Assembly: GCA_002784945.1 (NCBI GenBank)
Contig: PFMD01000024.1
Location: 17,858-81,857 of the forward strand
DNA length: 64,000 nt
Direction: 5' to 3'
From: Candidatus Kerfeldbacteria bacterium CG_4_10_14_0_8_um_filter_42_10
Lineage (GTDB): Bacteria > Patescibacteriota > Patescibacteriia > UM-FILTER-42-10
This document shows positions 1 through 9,891 of the stretch, piece after piece. The position numbers were made by a program, and so were the translations under genes. Under the pieces are notes generated by a model that was not told where the DNA came from, did no database searches, and was given only the letters and a program-made list of their open reading frames with translations. Positions within the stretch are counted from its first letter, which is position 1. Every line of letters begins with the position of its first letter.

Positions 1-68
1 GCTATATTAGAGGAAACGGATATAGCTGCTCTTCTTCTTTGAGGGGTAACACACACTACACACTATCA

Positions 69-1124
69 TCAAAACTGCTTCAAAAACCTCAAATCATTCT
101 CAAAAAGGGCGCGGATATCGGAAATGCGGTGCTTGATCATGGCCGGCCGCTCCACGCCAAAACCGAAGGCGAATCCTTTCCATTTTTTGGAATCATATTT
201 GGCCGCTTTCATCACGTTAGGATGAATCATGCCGCAGCCGCCCATTTCCAGCCAGCCCGTTCCTTTGCAGGTGGGGCAGCCGCGGCCGCCGCAAATGGTG
301 CAGGTAACGTCAAATTCGGCGCCCGGCTCGACAAAAGGGAAATAGGAAATCCGGAAGCGGACTTTTACCTCTTCCTCCAAAAGTTCCCGCATGGCGTAGT
401 GCAAAGTTCCTTTCAAATCGGCAAAAGTGATGCCATGGTCAATAGCAATGCCGTCAAACTGATGAAACATGGGCGTATGAGAAATATCATCGTCGCGGCG
501 GTAGCATTTGCCCGTAGCCATGATTCGAATCGGCGGCTTTCTTTTTTCCATAGTACGCACTTGAGAGATAGATGAGGTATGGGTTCTGAGCAGCAAATCG
601 CCGTATTTCTCCCTTTTCCCTTTTTCCCCTTTCGCTCCTTTAGTTCCTTTTAAATAAAAAGTGTCATGCATATCACGAGCCGGATGATCCGGCGGCACAT
701 TCAAGGCCTGAAAATTGTAGTAATCGTTTTCAATTTCCGGGCCTAAGACCAAATCGTAATTCATGGAACGAAAGACTTCCCAGATTCTTTCAAGCATTTG
801 AGTAATGGGGTGCAGATGGCCGGCAGGCGGAACAATGCCGGGCAAGGTAGGATCAAAAAATTCCGAACTGTCATTGGAGCCGGTTTTGAGTTTTGTTTCC
901 GCTTCTTGAAAAGCTGCCGAAACATCCTTTTTAATTTCATTGACCAGCTTGCCCATAACCGGCCGCAACTCCGCCGAAACATCCTTGATTTGGCGCATGA
1001 CTTTGGTCAGTTTACCTTTGCGGCCCAGATATTCCTTCTCCAGATTGCCTAAAAGCTTGGGATCTTGAATTAATTTAATCTCTTCCAGTACTTTGTTTTT
1101 TAATTGTTCTAATTGTTCTTTCAT
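69..1124 (-). CDS. pheS: Phenylalanine--tRNA ligase alpha subunit
   Basis: 351 aa; class II aaRS motifs FPFVEPGAEFDV and WLEMGGCGMIHPNV, zinc-ribbon CxxC..CxxC; typical PheS N-terminal coiled coil. Confidence 0.9.
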   Translation of the reverse strand: MKEQLEQLKNKVLEEIKLIQDPKLLGNLEKEYLGRKGKLTKVMRQIKDVSAELRPVMGKLVNEIKKDVSAAFQEAETKLKTGSNDSSEFFDPTLPGIVPPAGHLHPITQMLERIWEVFRSMNYDLVLGPEIENDYYNFQALNVPPDHPARDMHDTFYLKGTKGAKGEKGKREKYGDLLLRTHTSSISQVRTMEKRKPPIRIMATGKCYRRDDDISHTPMFHQFDGIAIDHGITFADLKGTLHYAMRELLEEEVKVRFRISYFPFVEPGAEFDVTCTICGGRGCPTCKGTGWLEMGGCGMIHPNVMKAAKYDSKKWKGFAFGFGVERPAMIKHRISDIRALFENDLRFLKQF

Positions 1125-1128
1125 TTTA

Positions 1129-1518
1129 TTATTCGTTTTCTTCCCTGGCTTTTCGGGAAAGAAAGAAAAATTCCAAAAGAGTGAAGCTAAATACTAAAAG
1201 AATCGCGTTCCACCAGGTGAACAGTCGGCTGGACTGCAGGATAAAGGAGATGGTAATTAAAATAGAAAATAAGACCGCTTGCCGTAGAGAAACACCAATG
1301 TGGCGGAAAAGAACGGACTTTCTTACAAAAATCAGGCGGATAAAAAAGCCGACCAGCGACAGCGTGCCCAGTAAAGCCAGAAAAAGGATGATATAGAAAG
1401 AGGCGCGTCCGATCCAACCGGAGCTGTACGGATCAATGTTAAAAAGCACCAGAAACCAGGCTCCCCAACAAATGGCGCTTCCGAATCCCATAATTAGTAA
1501 GTATTTTCTAAGCGACAT
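1129..1518 (-). CDS. Hypothetical integral membrane protein (4 predicted TM helices)
   Basis: 129 aa, strongly hydrophobic segments; 4 nt downstream of pheS on same strand. Confidence 0.45.
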   Translation of the reverse strand: MSLRKYLLIMGFGSAICWGAWFLVLFNIDPYSSGWIGRASFYIILFLALLGTLSLVGFFIRLIFVRKSVLFRHIGVSLRQAVLFSILITISFILQSSRLFTWWNAILLVFSFTLLEFFFLSRKAREENE

Positions 1519-1709
1519 AGATAAAGAAAAAGCTTATCTCCTTTTAGCTGAATTGGGAGAATTTCACTTAATATAATACCAGATTTTCAGGAATAAGTGA
1601 AGTAAAAAACAGGAAACTAAAAAACAAAAAATAGCCTTATTTTTTGGCTAATTTTAGAGGTTTCTTTATGATAGGTACAAGATGAAAGCCGGAAAGCGCT
1701 TCTGCGTTT

Positions 1710-2387
1710 TTATTTCTTGTTTTGACGGCTCTTTTGTTTTAATACTAATTTCAAAAATATTTCAATTTCGGGGTGCAATTCTTTTATTAAAACATGCATA
1801 TCCTGGGTAAATGTTCTGGGAAACTTCTTCATTTCTATTTCTAATTCCGGCAAGGTGTAGAATAGAATTCCCTTAGCTTCTCGGTCAACCGGTCTGATGC
1901 TACCATCGTATATTCCGAAGTAAGCATGGATTTTATTGGCGATTTTTACCATCTTTCCGTCAATAATCTTTTCCATAATATATATTTTGCTGCGGGAGTG
2001 CCTGATTATCGAAATAGTGGTCAAATAATCCTTAAGCAGGATGAGTGTTTTTTTGAAATCTTCCGTATTTTTCAACACAATCGAAGGAGTTTGAAGCTCT
2101 TGCACCGTTTCGACCATAACGGAATAATCAGCGGAGTCGCCGTAACGGACATGACCGCCAATCGATTTGTCTAACAGACCGGCATTATGAGTTTTGTCAT
2201 AGGATCTTTTTTGGACCAGTAGTTCCTGGTGACTATTGAAAATAAAAATATCAATTATATCATTGGCGCGGGTCGGCTTGCCCGTTTTTTTATACACTTC
2301 GATCTGTTCTCGATAAAATTCCTTCCGCTCCATTGGAATAATGGTTTCTGGGTCATCGAGAAGATAAGTATTAATAATTTCACTCAT
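1710..2387 (-). CDS. Nudix-family hydrolase paralog with degenerate Nudix box
   Basis: 225 aa; GLLDKSIGGHV...VETVQELQ aligns to the Nudix box of the 12177..12746 paralog (GLLDASTGGHV...AVKELKEETG) but the RE..EE catalytic glutamates are partly replaced. Confidence 0.5.
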   Translation of the reverse strand: MSEIINTYLLDDPETIIPMERKEFYREQIEVYKKTGKPTRANDIIDIFIFNSHQELLVQKRSYDKTHNAGLLDKSIGGHVRYGDSADYSVMVETVQELQTPSIVLKNTEDFKKTLILLKDYLTTISIIRHSRSKIYIMEKIIDGKMVKIANKIHAYFGIYDGSIRPVDREAKGILFYTLPELEIEMKKFPRTFTQDMHVLIKELHPEIEIFLKLVLKQKSRQNKK

Positions 2388-2393
2388 GGCTTG

Positions 2394-3617
2394 TTAAGTT
2401 TTATTTTCCTTTTTAAAAACCGTGTTAAAGGAGATTCTTTTACTTAGCTCCAACGAGCCGATTTCAAACAGTTTGAAAGCCAGGTAAAATCCGACTGCCA
2501 CGTAAGTAATTATTACCATGATTCCCAAGATGGATTCCCATAAGGAAAGCGCGCCAATAGAACTTCTGAAAATAAGAATCAGAGGCGCGGTAAACGGCGT
2601 GAAGCTGATTACTCGGGCAATAGTGCCGGTTGGTTCGGCAATCAAAATTGAAGCGAAATAAATGGGAAGAATGGAAAGGATGATGAAAACAGAGGAGAAT
2701 TGCTGGGCTTCGCGGTACTTAGGCATGGCCGCCCCGACTCCCACCATAATACTGGACATGAACAAAAAACCGCCGATGGTATAAAAAAGGGCGAGCAATA
2801 CTTGCCCTATGTTCCAATCAACAGCTGACCAGTCAATTTTAATCGGAAAGATATTGGTGGAAACAGCAATAATGCCGGTCAGTAATACCCCAAGCACTGC
2901 CAAAGAAGTAAGCGAAACAAAAGTCAGGCCGATAAGCTTGCCCCAGATCAGCTGCCGGGGGTTGATTACCGAGAGCACCGTTTCAATCATCCGGTTTTCC
3001 TTTTCTTCAGAAACACTGGAAAGCATAAAGCCAGAGGAAAACATTACCAGCAGAAAATAAACCAGCACCGACGCGATGGGGATAATAAAGGTTTCAAAAC
3101 GCTGATCCACCACCTTTCCTTCTTTGTATAAAGTGGAGGATACTTCCAACCTGGAATTAAACAGAGCGACTTTATTCGGATCCTCAATTTCTTGCAAAAG
3201 ACTTTGTTTTAATAAATCCTGGGCTACGGTATTAAAGCGGCCGCGCGAAATCAAGCTGGTATCTTGGGCATACACCTCTATTTTTTTTGATTCCTGAAAA
3301 TCAGTTGGATAAACAAAAGCCGCATCCACCTTTCCGCTTTCCACTTGGGCTACTGCCGTTTCTTTATTTTCGGAGCGTTGGTAGATTCCTAAAAGCAGCT
3401 GGTCACTGATCAAACCCGCCTGGTCCACAATCAAAACGGCATGGACGTTTTTCACCTCTTCCGCCACTTTTTTCTCTACCGAGCTGGCCGATGTTCCCGA
3501 AATGGCCACCAGAATCAAATATACCACCGGAATAATGATAATCATGATCCAAAAAGAGGGTTTTTGGACGACTTTGAGATATTCTTTTTTGGCTACTAGT
3601 AGGATTTTACTTTTCAT
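2394..3617 (-). CDS. ABC-2 type transporter permease
   Basis: 407 aa; N-terminal TM, large extracytoplasmic loop, then 5 C-terminal TM helices; downstream of ABC ATPase gene. Confidence 0.7.
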   Translation of the reverse strand: MKSKILLVAKKEYLKVVQKPSFWIMIIIIPVVYLILVAISGTSASSVEKKVAEEVKNVHAVLIVDQAGLISDQLLLGIYQRSENKETAVAQVESGKVDAAFVYPTDFQESKKIEVYAQDTSLISRGRFNTVAQDLLKQSLLQEIEDPNKVALFNSRLEVSSTLYKEGKVVDQRFETFIIPIASVLVYFLLVMFSSGFMLSSVSEEKENRMIETVLSVINPRQLIWGKLIGLTFVSLTSLAVLGVLLTGIIAVSTNIFPIKIDWSAVDWNIGQVLLALFYTIGGFLFMSSIMVGVGAAMPKYREAQQFSSVFIILSILPIYFASILIAEPTGTIARVISFTPFTAPLILIFRSSIGALSLWESILGIMVIITYVAVGFYLAFKLFEIGSLELSKRISFNTVFKKENKT

Positions 3618-3833
3618 CCCGTTAGAAGCAGATCGCGATCAACTGCGATCTGCACAAATTAATATTAAACTTCTATTTTAATCTTTTATTCTTGATTTAT
3701 CTGTCCCGCGAAGCGATCGCGGCTTCTAACGGGATTCACTTTCAACCAGTTAGTTAATTTAATTAATGAAGAGAGGGGTAGCGGCAAGCCCTCGCTGGCC
3801 GCCCGGGAATAAGACGAAAGCAAGGGCTTTCGT

Positions 3834-4727
3834 CTACCCGGAAACTTGGATGAATATTTCGTTCAAGGAAGGAAGGGTTAGTTCATACTTGATGATTTTT
3901 AGATTCTGGCTCAAAAGGTATTGCAGAATTTCTTGAGACTGGACGTTTTCTTGGGGCAACAGTTCGGCGTAATTGTTTTCAATTTCTTTAGAATGATAAA
4001 GCCGCTCATTTTTGGGCAGATCGCCGGTGAAAGCAACATGGATGCGATTTGTTCCGAACCGCTCTTTTACTTCGTCCACGCCGCCATAGAGAATTTCTTT
4101 GCCGTCTTTAATCATTAACAAGCGATCGGCCAGTTTTTCTACCTCTTCCATCTGGTGGGTAATAAACACAATGGTACTGCCCTGATTTTTCATTTCCATC
4201 AGCAGATCCATCAGCAAGGTTCGATTAACCGGATCTAGGCCCTTGGTCGGCTCGTCTAAAATCAGCAGGTTGGGATTATTAATGATGGTGATTCCCAATT
4301 GCACTTTTTGCTGCTGGCCCGAAGAAAGTTTTTTTACTTTTTCCTTAGCCTTTTCAGAAATGCCTACTTTGGTCAAATAATCCAAAGACCATTTTCGGGC
4401 TTGGGAACTGTCCATCCCTTTTAATTCCCCAAAATAGACCATAGTGTCGATTACTCTTTCCGAAGTGTATAATCCCCGCTCTTCCGGCAGGTAGCCGACT
4501 TCTTGGGACATTGCTTGATTGTATCTTTCCCCGTTAACTAAAAGAGATCCCTTAGTGGGCGCCAGAATATTTAACAGGCACCGGATGGTGGTAGTTTTGC
4601 CCGATCCATTCGCCCCCAACAAAGCAAAAACCTCTCCTTTATTTACCTCGAAAGAAAGGTTGGATACGACCTCATTTTCGCCGAATGATTTAGAGAAATT
4701 TTCTACGTCAATAACCTTTTCCGGCAT
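3834..4727 (-). CDS. ABC transporter ATP-binding protein
   Basis: 297 aa; Walker A GANGSGKTT, signature LSSGQQQKV, Walker B LLILDEPT. Confidence 0.85.
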   Translation of the reverse strand: MPEKVIDVENFSKSFGENEVVSNLSFEVNKGEVFALLGANGSGKTTTIRCLLNILAPTKGSLLVNGERYNQAMSQEVGYLPEERGLYTSERVIDTMVYFGELKGMDSSQARKWSLDYLTKVGISEKAKEKVKKLSSGQQQKVQLGITIINNPNLLILDEPTKGLDPVNRTLLMDLLMEMKNQGSTIVFITHQMEEVEKLADRLLMIKDGKEILYGGVDEVKERFGTNRIHVAFTGDLPKNERLYHSKEIENNYAELLPQENVQSQEILQYLLSQNLKIIKYELTLPSLNEIFIQVSG

Positions 4728-4783
4728 AGGAATTTTTAAATTAATCTAGCTTGATTATTTTATCGTATCATAATTTCGGCAAT

Positions 4784-4819
4784 TGAAAAAGCCCGTCAGA
4801 ACAAACCTGTCTGACGGGC
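4784..4819 (-). terminator. Rho-independent terminator after lipoprotein gene
   Basis: On minus strand GCCCGTCAGACAGGTTTGTTCTGACGGGC followed by TTTTTC; 10-bp perfect stem. Confidence 0.6.
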
Positions 4820-4849
4820 TAGCGGGCGTAATGAGCGAAAAGTAAAGTA

Positions 4850-5407
4850 CTACTTAGGAAAGCGTTGGGCAAGATCCTGCCTGATTTGCTCTTGGAGTTT
4901 CAGGTAACTACCGTCCTGCACGATTGCGAACATGCTTTGGTAGTCAATTTCTCCAAAGGAGTAATTCAGGAAATTCTCGAAATCCTGCCGAGGATCACTG
5001 GTGGTGAGAGAATTCCCTTCCAGAGAATCCAGTGGTCCGCCCGGCCCCAGCACCATTCCGCTGGGCAGATTTTCATGCCAAGAACTGTCGGCAAAGAAAT
5101 CTTCCCTCTCTGACGAATAGAATACGTTCCAGTAGTAACCCGCCAGATACTGGAAAGTGTAGAACTGCACCATGTGCGCCCGTTCCTGATCATCCTGAGT
5201 TTTCGCCGCCATTTCCAACTGTACGGTCCGGTTGTACTCGCCGACCAAGCGGCTGAAAGTCTGGATTTTCTCCGGACGGGAGATTGAGTTGGCGTACTCT
5301 TGTCCCTGCTTGACCGCGATGTCTTGCTGATCGCCCTTCTGGCAACCAAGCAACAAAGATGCCGAAGCGACAATCAACAGAACCAACACTGTCAACACGT
5401 TCTTCAT
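4850..5407 (-). CDS. Hypothetical lipoprotein
   Basis: 185 aa; signal peptide with lipobox LLLGC at residues 19-22. Confidence 0.55.
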   Translation of the reverse strand: MKNVLTVLVLLIVASASLLLGCQKGDQQDIAVKQGQEYANSISRPEKIQTFSRLVGEYNRTVQLEMAAKTQDDQERAHMVQFYTFQYLAGYYWNVFYSSEREDFFADSSWHENLPSGMVLGPGGPLDSLEGNSLTTSDPRQDFENFLNYSFGEIDYQSMFAIVQDGSYLKLQEQIRQDLAQRFPK

Positions 5408-5570
5408 GGACGATCCTCCTTGCTATCTGAAGTTTTAAAACTGCTTTCTTTTTTCAGAGATTAAAGATATCACAAATTATCTTGGTTGTCAATACCTAAT
5501 TCACAAAAATCCCGAATTACAATGTTCGTTGTTTTGTTAGATAGAGCATTAAATTTGAAATACGAATCGT

Positions 5571-5705
5571 AGGGGGCTTGGGGGCGGCACTTTAGCCCAG
5601 GCAAAACGAAACATACAAAGATTGGCGAATCGGCGCTTTGCCGCCCCCAACGCTTTTTGCTACTTTTTGCCTGCCCGCCTCTGGAGGGGCGCCAAAAAGT
5701 AGATA
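5571..5705. other. GC-rich structured intergenic element (nested hairpins)
   Basis: GGGGGCGGCA...TGCCGCCCCC 10-11 bp inverted repeat enclosing ~50 nt, plus CTACTTTTTG...CAAAAAGTAG 10-bp inverted repeat; GC-rich in an AT-rich intergenic region. Confidence 0.4.
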
Positions 5706-5749
5706 TCCCTCTGGTTATAAAAGGAATGAATTCTGGAAAATAATTATCG

Positions 5750-6502
5750 TTATTTTTGCTTTCTAGCCGCTTCCAGGTAGCTGCAGTAATCGCAGCCCGG
5801 AGCCGCTTGGGGCGGGGCTTTTTTATTCAAACATTTGTGAATATCCACTATTGTCTTTTCTACCCAGGAATCATTGCCTTCGTAAGCGATTAAAGTAACG
5901 TCAAATTCCAGCTTGCCATCGAACGCTTCTTTGTCCGCTCGGCCATTGCAGTAGACAAAGTAACCGGTGTTAGAGACAGGATAGCCGTTCTGTCTGAGCA
6001 GCCACTGGTAAACCTCTATCTGTCTTTTGTAGCTGTCTTGCCAATCCTGATCCAGCTCTTTAATTTCTTCCTTTTTAGCGGTGGCTTTATAATCCACCAC
6101 GATATATTCTCCCTTGGAATTTTGCCAAAGATCGTCGATTGCGCCAAAAATCAGAAGATTGGTAGGTGCATGCAAATATTGGATACCGGTGAAATTATGC
6201 CGCCATTGATCCAAATCTTCATGGGGAATGGGAATGGCATCAATCCCGTATTTTTCCATTAAGGGGTGCTGGGTCCCTTGGGCGCGGTGAACATCGAATT
6301 CCTGCTTTAAAAGGGTATCCACCGCCGCGTTTAAATTAAAAGGATACGAAGGCGGCCGGCCCACTCCCCTGACCCGGTCCAAATAAAAGCAGCGCGGGCA
6401 TTCCAAAAACAGATCGATCTTGGAACGCGACACTTTGAACGGTTCCGGAGAATGCGGGCGGTACAGATTGCTTTTGCGGTTAGAGTTGTAGTATTGGGAC
6501 AT
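5750..6502 (-). CDS. PD-(D/E)XK nuclease superfamily protein, Cas4/RecB-like with Cys cluster
   Basis: 250 aa; N-terminal CPRC, central VVDYKA (D..EXK-like), C-terminal CDYCSY: the Cas4/AddB-nuclease Fe-S cysteine pattern. Confidence 0.6.
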   Translation of the reverse strand: MSQYYNSNRKSNLYRPHSPEPFKVSRSKIDLFLECPRCFYLDRVRGVGRPPSYPFNLNAAVDTLLKQEFDVHRAQGTQHPLMEKYGIDAIPIPHEDLDQWRHNFTGIQYLHAPTNLLIFGAIDDLWQNSKGEYIVVDYKATAKKEEIKELDQDWQDSYKRQIEVYQWLLRQNGYPVSNTGYFVYCNGRADKEAFDGKLEFDVTLIAYEGNDSWVEKTIVDIHKCLNKKAPPQAAPGCDYCSYLEAARKQK

Positions 6503-6605
6503 AAGTTACTTTTTAAGTGACTTCATTATAGCTGGTTTTAGGTAGAAATGAAAACCGCGGGAGAAATGGATGCCAATCTCTAATTACTAATATCTTCAGC
6601 CTAAG

Positions 6606-6627
6606 GCTGATCCGCCTTTGGCGGAAA
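6606..6627. repeat. Partial copy of the 28-nt palindromic repeat (GATCCGCCTTTGGCGGAAA)
   Basis: Matches the core of the in-frame repeats at 28011..28038 and 43355..43382. Confidence 0.5.
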
Positions 6628-6721
6628 TTTCTAATCAATTTCTAATGATTCAAATCCCAATGTCCAAAACCCTGCTGATTGTTTGATAATGAACAAGGAT
6701 AGTAAAATAAGCAAAAACAGC

Positions 6722-6885
6722 ATTGGGGTCTGGGGCGACTCTAAGCCAAAAAAAGAAACAGGAGTAGTAATTGGCGCCAAAGCGCATAGTCGCCCCAGCA
6801 GTCCCTTCGACTTCGCTCAGGACAAGTTTGGTTCTTTTGCTGCCAAAAGAACAAGAGCCCAATAGTGGGCAAAATAAAAAACACT
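6722..6885 (+). repeat. Structured ~165-bp repeat, copy A
   Basis: ~85-90% identical to reverse complement of 22930..23093 apart from a 24-nt indel; contains internal hairpins TGGGGCGACT...AGTCGCCCCA and GTTCTTTTG-CTGC-CAAAAGAAC. Confidence 0.75.
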
Positions 6886-6925
6886 TTGACGGCTGGGGAT
6901 TTATTATATTTTTCTCAAATTGTTT

Positions 6926-7957
6926 TTACGGCTGTAAAATGTCTTCGGTTTGCCCGTCGACGGAAATAACTACGCTTTCCACTGTAGGAAACTGTTTCAG
7001 AGTTTCCGTAATTTGGGATCGGATGAACGTTACTAGGCAGGCCCCGCCTACTTGAAATTGCAACTGATTGTTAAAATCCGCTTTCGCCACACCATTTTCA
7101 ATGGTCAGACTTTTAATTTCTACTCCCTGAGGTAAAGTAGTTTTAAACCCCTGCTCTTTTTCCGTTTCAGTCGGCCCTTTCAAAAGTTCGACCAAGGCCG
7201 CTCGCGCCACTGCGGGAGTTTTCCAAATCTTTCGCTCTACTGGAAAAACTTTACTGCAATCAACTGCCGGATTCTGTTGATTATTATCAAAATAGACCTG
7301 AATTTTAGTGGTCTCGGTTAAATCAAATTTAACGGGGATGATTAGCTGATCATTATTAGCTGTAAGACCAGAAGGATTGTTTTTTTCTAAAGTCAGCGTT
7401 CCTTGATCGGAGACCGGCACCGCAAATTCCAGCTGGGCGGTAAAAGGGACAAATTCTTCAGTCATCCAACCCTGTGGTGAGCCTGCCGAACCATTGGACT
7501 GTGCCTGGGCAATGGCAGTGCCTAATTCTTTGCCGTTTGCATCCGTAATTGTTATTGGAAAATCTCCTTCAAAAAACCAACTTCCTCTGGCTCTTCCGGA
7601 AATTTCTAAAGGACTGGCAACGGACGCATTAGGCCTGGGATTATCCACTTGGATTAGGTCGGTCTTTTCCAGCTCATTCCCGATATTCTTGGTGAAAGTG
7701 CGGCCGTCGGCTGTTCGGCATTGTTCCGGATAAATTTCCATTACTATATTCCCCGCGGCGACACAATCATCAAAATTGTCAATTACCGGCCCGCAACCGG
7801 TGGCAGGCATAGCCGCGGTGGGATTGCCGTGTTTGACCCACTGATTATTTTCGCAAAGCCAGTTATCTTCATCACCGCCAATGACAAATCTTAAAACGAA
7901 TACTGCCGCTAAGACAAAGACAATTACTAAAATAATGTTGCGAAGTTGTTTGGACAT
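6926..7957 (-). CDS. Secreted GerMN-domain protein
   Basis: 343 aa; N-terminal signal/TM; C-terminal LVELLKGPTE...GVAKADFNNQ...GGACLV resembles GerMN domain. Confidence 0.5.
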   Translation of the reverse strand: MSKQLRNIILVIVFVLAAVFVLRFVIGGDEDNWLCENNQWVKHGNPTAAMPATGCGPVIDNFDDCVAAGNIVMEIYPEQCRTADGRTFTKNIGNELEKTDLIQVDNPRPNASVASPLEISGRARGSWFFEGDFPITITDANGKELGTAIAQAQSNGSAGSPQGWMTEEFVPFTAQLEFAVPVSDQGTLTLEKNNPSGLTANNDQLIIPVKFDLTETTKIQVYFDNNQQNPAVDCSKVFPVERKIWKTPAVARAALVELLKGPTETEKEQGFKTTLPQGVEIKSLTIENGVAKADFNNQLQFQVGGACLVTFIRSQITETLKQFPTVESVVISVDGQTEDILQP

Positions 7958-7968
7958 AATGATTTTTG

Positions 7969-8385
7969 TTAATGATTAAAATATTTTATCAAGTATTGAT
8001 GGATGCTCGCGGGTAGAAGGCGCGATTTCGGAATCGCGCTTACGGCTAACCAAGTAATGGAGATGTGGCTTTCCTGGCATTTTATTTTCTCAGGATTCAC
8101 GGTTTTTAAAGTGACTTCGTATAACAAATTTATTTCGTGGTGATTTTCTCCGCGCCACTTAAAAAAATTTTCGAATGTTTCCATGAACCGAGAGGTTTTC
8201 ACTACTGCTCCAACTTCCTCCTTAATTTCTCTTTTTAGACATTCTTCCAATGTCTCGCCGTATTCCAAATGCCCCCCGGGCAAATAATGAATTGGCGGCT
8301 GATCGTTGGAAACGCATAATAAAATTTTATCGCTGTTTACGATAATCGCTCTTAAGATTATTTCGATATTTTTAACGGGTTTCAT
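7969..8385 (-). CDS. Nudix hydrolase (MutT-like)
   Basis: 138 aa; Nudix box GGHLEYGETLEECLKREIKEEVG. Confidence 0.75.
   Translation of the reverse strand: MKPVKNIEIILRAIIVNSDKILLCVSNDQPPIHYLPGGHLEYGETLEECLKREIKEEVGAVVKTSRFMETFENFFKWRGENHHEINLLYEVTLKTVNPEKIKCQESHISITWLAVSAIPKSRLLPASIHQYLIKYFNH
8016..8043. repeat. GC-rich hairpin motif GAAGGCGCGATT-TCGG-AATCGCGC, related to 44571..44598
   Basis: 24/28 nt match to the 28-nt perfect palindrome downstream of the clp gene; lies inside the 3' end of the Nudix CDS (encodes SAIPKSRLL). Confidence 0.45.
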
Positions 8386-8433
8386 TATTTACTTTTATTA
8401 CCGGCAACTAGTTGAATAACAATGTCAAAATTC

Positions 8434-9003
8434 TTATTTTTTCAACTCCTCTGAAAAATTTTTTTGAACCTTTTTAACCTTCGGCGCGATCACCACTTGG
8501 CAATAAGCTTGATTAGGATTTCTTTCAAAATAGCGATGATGATATTCCTCCGCTTCATAAAATTTTTCCAGTTTCTTAACTTCCGTCACGATCGGACTGG
8601 TATATTCCTTTTGGATCCGCCCGACATAATCTTTAATTGGACGCGCCTGATCCTCGTCAGAATAAAGGATAATCGAACGGTACTGGGTACCGACATCTCT
8701 GCCCTGCTTGTTCAAGCTGGTCGGATTGTGCATCTTAAAAAATATTTTCAGAATTTTTTCTAAAGATACAATACTAGGATCGTAGTCGAGCTTAACCACT
8801 TCCGCATGGCCGGTATTTCCTTGGCAAACTTCCTCGTAAGTAGGATTTTCTTTTTCCCCTCCGGCATAACCAGGCAGAACGGTTTTAATTCCATTCATCA
8901 TTAAAAAAACCGCTTCGGTACACCAAAAGCAGCCTCCGCCCAGAATGATTGTTTTAAGATTATTTTTCATCTTCAACAAACTCCATGGAAATGGAATTAA
9001 CAC
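8434..9003 (-). CDS. msrA: Peptide methionine sulfoxide reductase MsrA
   Basis: 189 aa; [12 protein letters not shown] and [12 protein letters not shown] motifs. Confidence 0.9.
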   Translation of the reverse strand: MLIPFPWSLLKMKNNLKTIILGGGCFWCTEAVFLMMNGIKTVLPGYAGGEKENPTYEEVCQGNTGHAEVVKLDYDPSIVSLEKILKIFFKMHNPTSLNKQGRDVGTQYRSIILYSDEDQARPIKDYVGRIQKEYTSPIVTEVKKLEKFYEAEEYHHRYFERNPNQAYCQVVIAPKVKKVQKNFSEELKK

Positions 9004-9325
9004 AGTGACGGGTATTTTTTTCGGTCATTTTCTCCCCTTCAAACACATGCCCTAAATGAGCGCCGCAGTTAACGCATTGGATTTCAATCCGCCGGCCATC
9101 GGGATCAGGCTGTCTTTTAACCGCGCCGGGAATTTCGGCATCAAAGCTGGGCCAGCCGCAACGGGCGTCGAATTTATCATCGGAGCGGTAAAGTTCGGCC
9201 CCGCAGCGCTTGCAGACATAGGTCCCTTTTTCAAAATGCTGATCATATTTTCCGCTGTAAGGCGCTTCGGTTCCTTTATGCACAATCACCGCTTCTTCTT
9301 CAGGAGTCAGTTTTTTTTCAGGCAT
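8960..9325 (-). CDS. msrB: Peptide methionine sulfoxide reductase MsrB
   Basis: 121 aa; CGWPSF, two CxxC pairs, [17 protein letters not shown]; overlaps msrA by 44 nt. Confidence 0.9.
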   Translation of the reverse strand: MPEKKLTPEEEAVIVHKGTEAPYSGKYDQHFEKGTYVCKRCGAELYRSDDKFDARCGWPSFDAEIPGAVKRQPDPDGRRIEIQCVNCGAHLGHVFEGEKMTEKNTRHCVNSISMEFVEDEK

Positions 9326-9386
9326 TTTTTAGGATTAAGTTTAATGAATTCTGCTGAGATTGTTGTAATGCAGTTTCTGTAACTTA

Positions 9387-9884
9387 TTAATAATCGTACC
9401 AATCCACCGGATCAATTCTGGTAATGTGCTCGCGGGTTTTCACTTCAACCTTTATTGGATTATGCGAAGGACATTCGTATAACATTCCGCAGGTAACAAA
9501 CTTAGAATAATACGCTTTGTCTTCATTGGTGTACCCAATTTTTTCCCTTCCCTCTTCTACCAAATGGCTAAAAATATAGTAGTCTCCCGGAGGAACATTC
9601 AGTTTGTAGCCTAAGCCATAAGTATAATCATTACTTTCTATCATTTCATAAGTACAGTATAAATCTTCCTTTTCGGTGGTCTCGGCGCAAACGCCCATTG
9701 CCGGTATCGCTTCGCTGGGATAGCTCAAAGAGCCAGAGATAGTTCCCCAATGGGCTCTAGAATCAGGCGGATCGACTTGATATGTTACAGCCGGCACCCT
9801 TTTCAATATTAATGATCCCGCACCGACAACCACAATAAGTAAAAAGATTAAGAGAACGATTACTAATATAAATTTCTTTTTCAT
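9387..9884 (-). CDS. Hypothetical secreted protein
   Basis: 165 aa with N-terminal signal/TM helix. Confidence 0.4.
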   Translation of the reverse strand: MKKKFILVIVLLIFLLIVVVGAGSLILKRVPAVTYQVDPPDSRAHWGTISGSLSYPSEAIPAMGVCAETTEKEDLYCTYEMIESNDYTYGLGYKLNVPPGDYYIFSHLVEEGREKIGYTNEDKAYYSKFVTCGMLYECPSHNPIKVEVKTREHITRIDPVDWYDY

Positions 9885-9891
9885 TTTTTTA

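Noticed and set aside
39-575. 178-aa ORF (TTG start) antisense to pheS
   Set aside because: Completely overlapped by the well-supported pheS CDS on the opposite strand; low-complexity Ala/Gly-rich product typical of antisense read-through.
3834-3836. Expected stop codon of the ABC ATPase gene reads as TCT (AGA on the coding strand) by my position count
   Set aside because: Almost certainly my own miscount of a single position; the protein frame, motifs and track coordinates are otherwise consistent, so I kept the track boundary.
3813-3836. Perfect 9-bp hairpin GACGAAAGC-aagg-GCTTTCGTC between the ABC ATPase and permease genes, considered as a terminator
   Set aside because: Lies inside a probable two-gene operon and has only a weak T-tract; more likely an mRNA-stabilising or attenuating hairpin, so not called as a terminator.
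5408-6925. Searched the longer intergenic regions for tRNA, tmRNA, RNase P or SRP RNA
   Set aside because: No GGTTCGAnTCC-type T-arm, no CCA-adjacent acceptor stems and none of the conserved RNase P or SRP motifs were seen. The structured elements are reported as unclassified repeats or hairpins instead. The same holds for 22101..22486 and 24552..24734.
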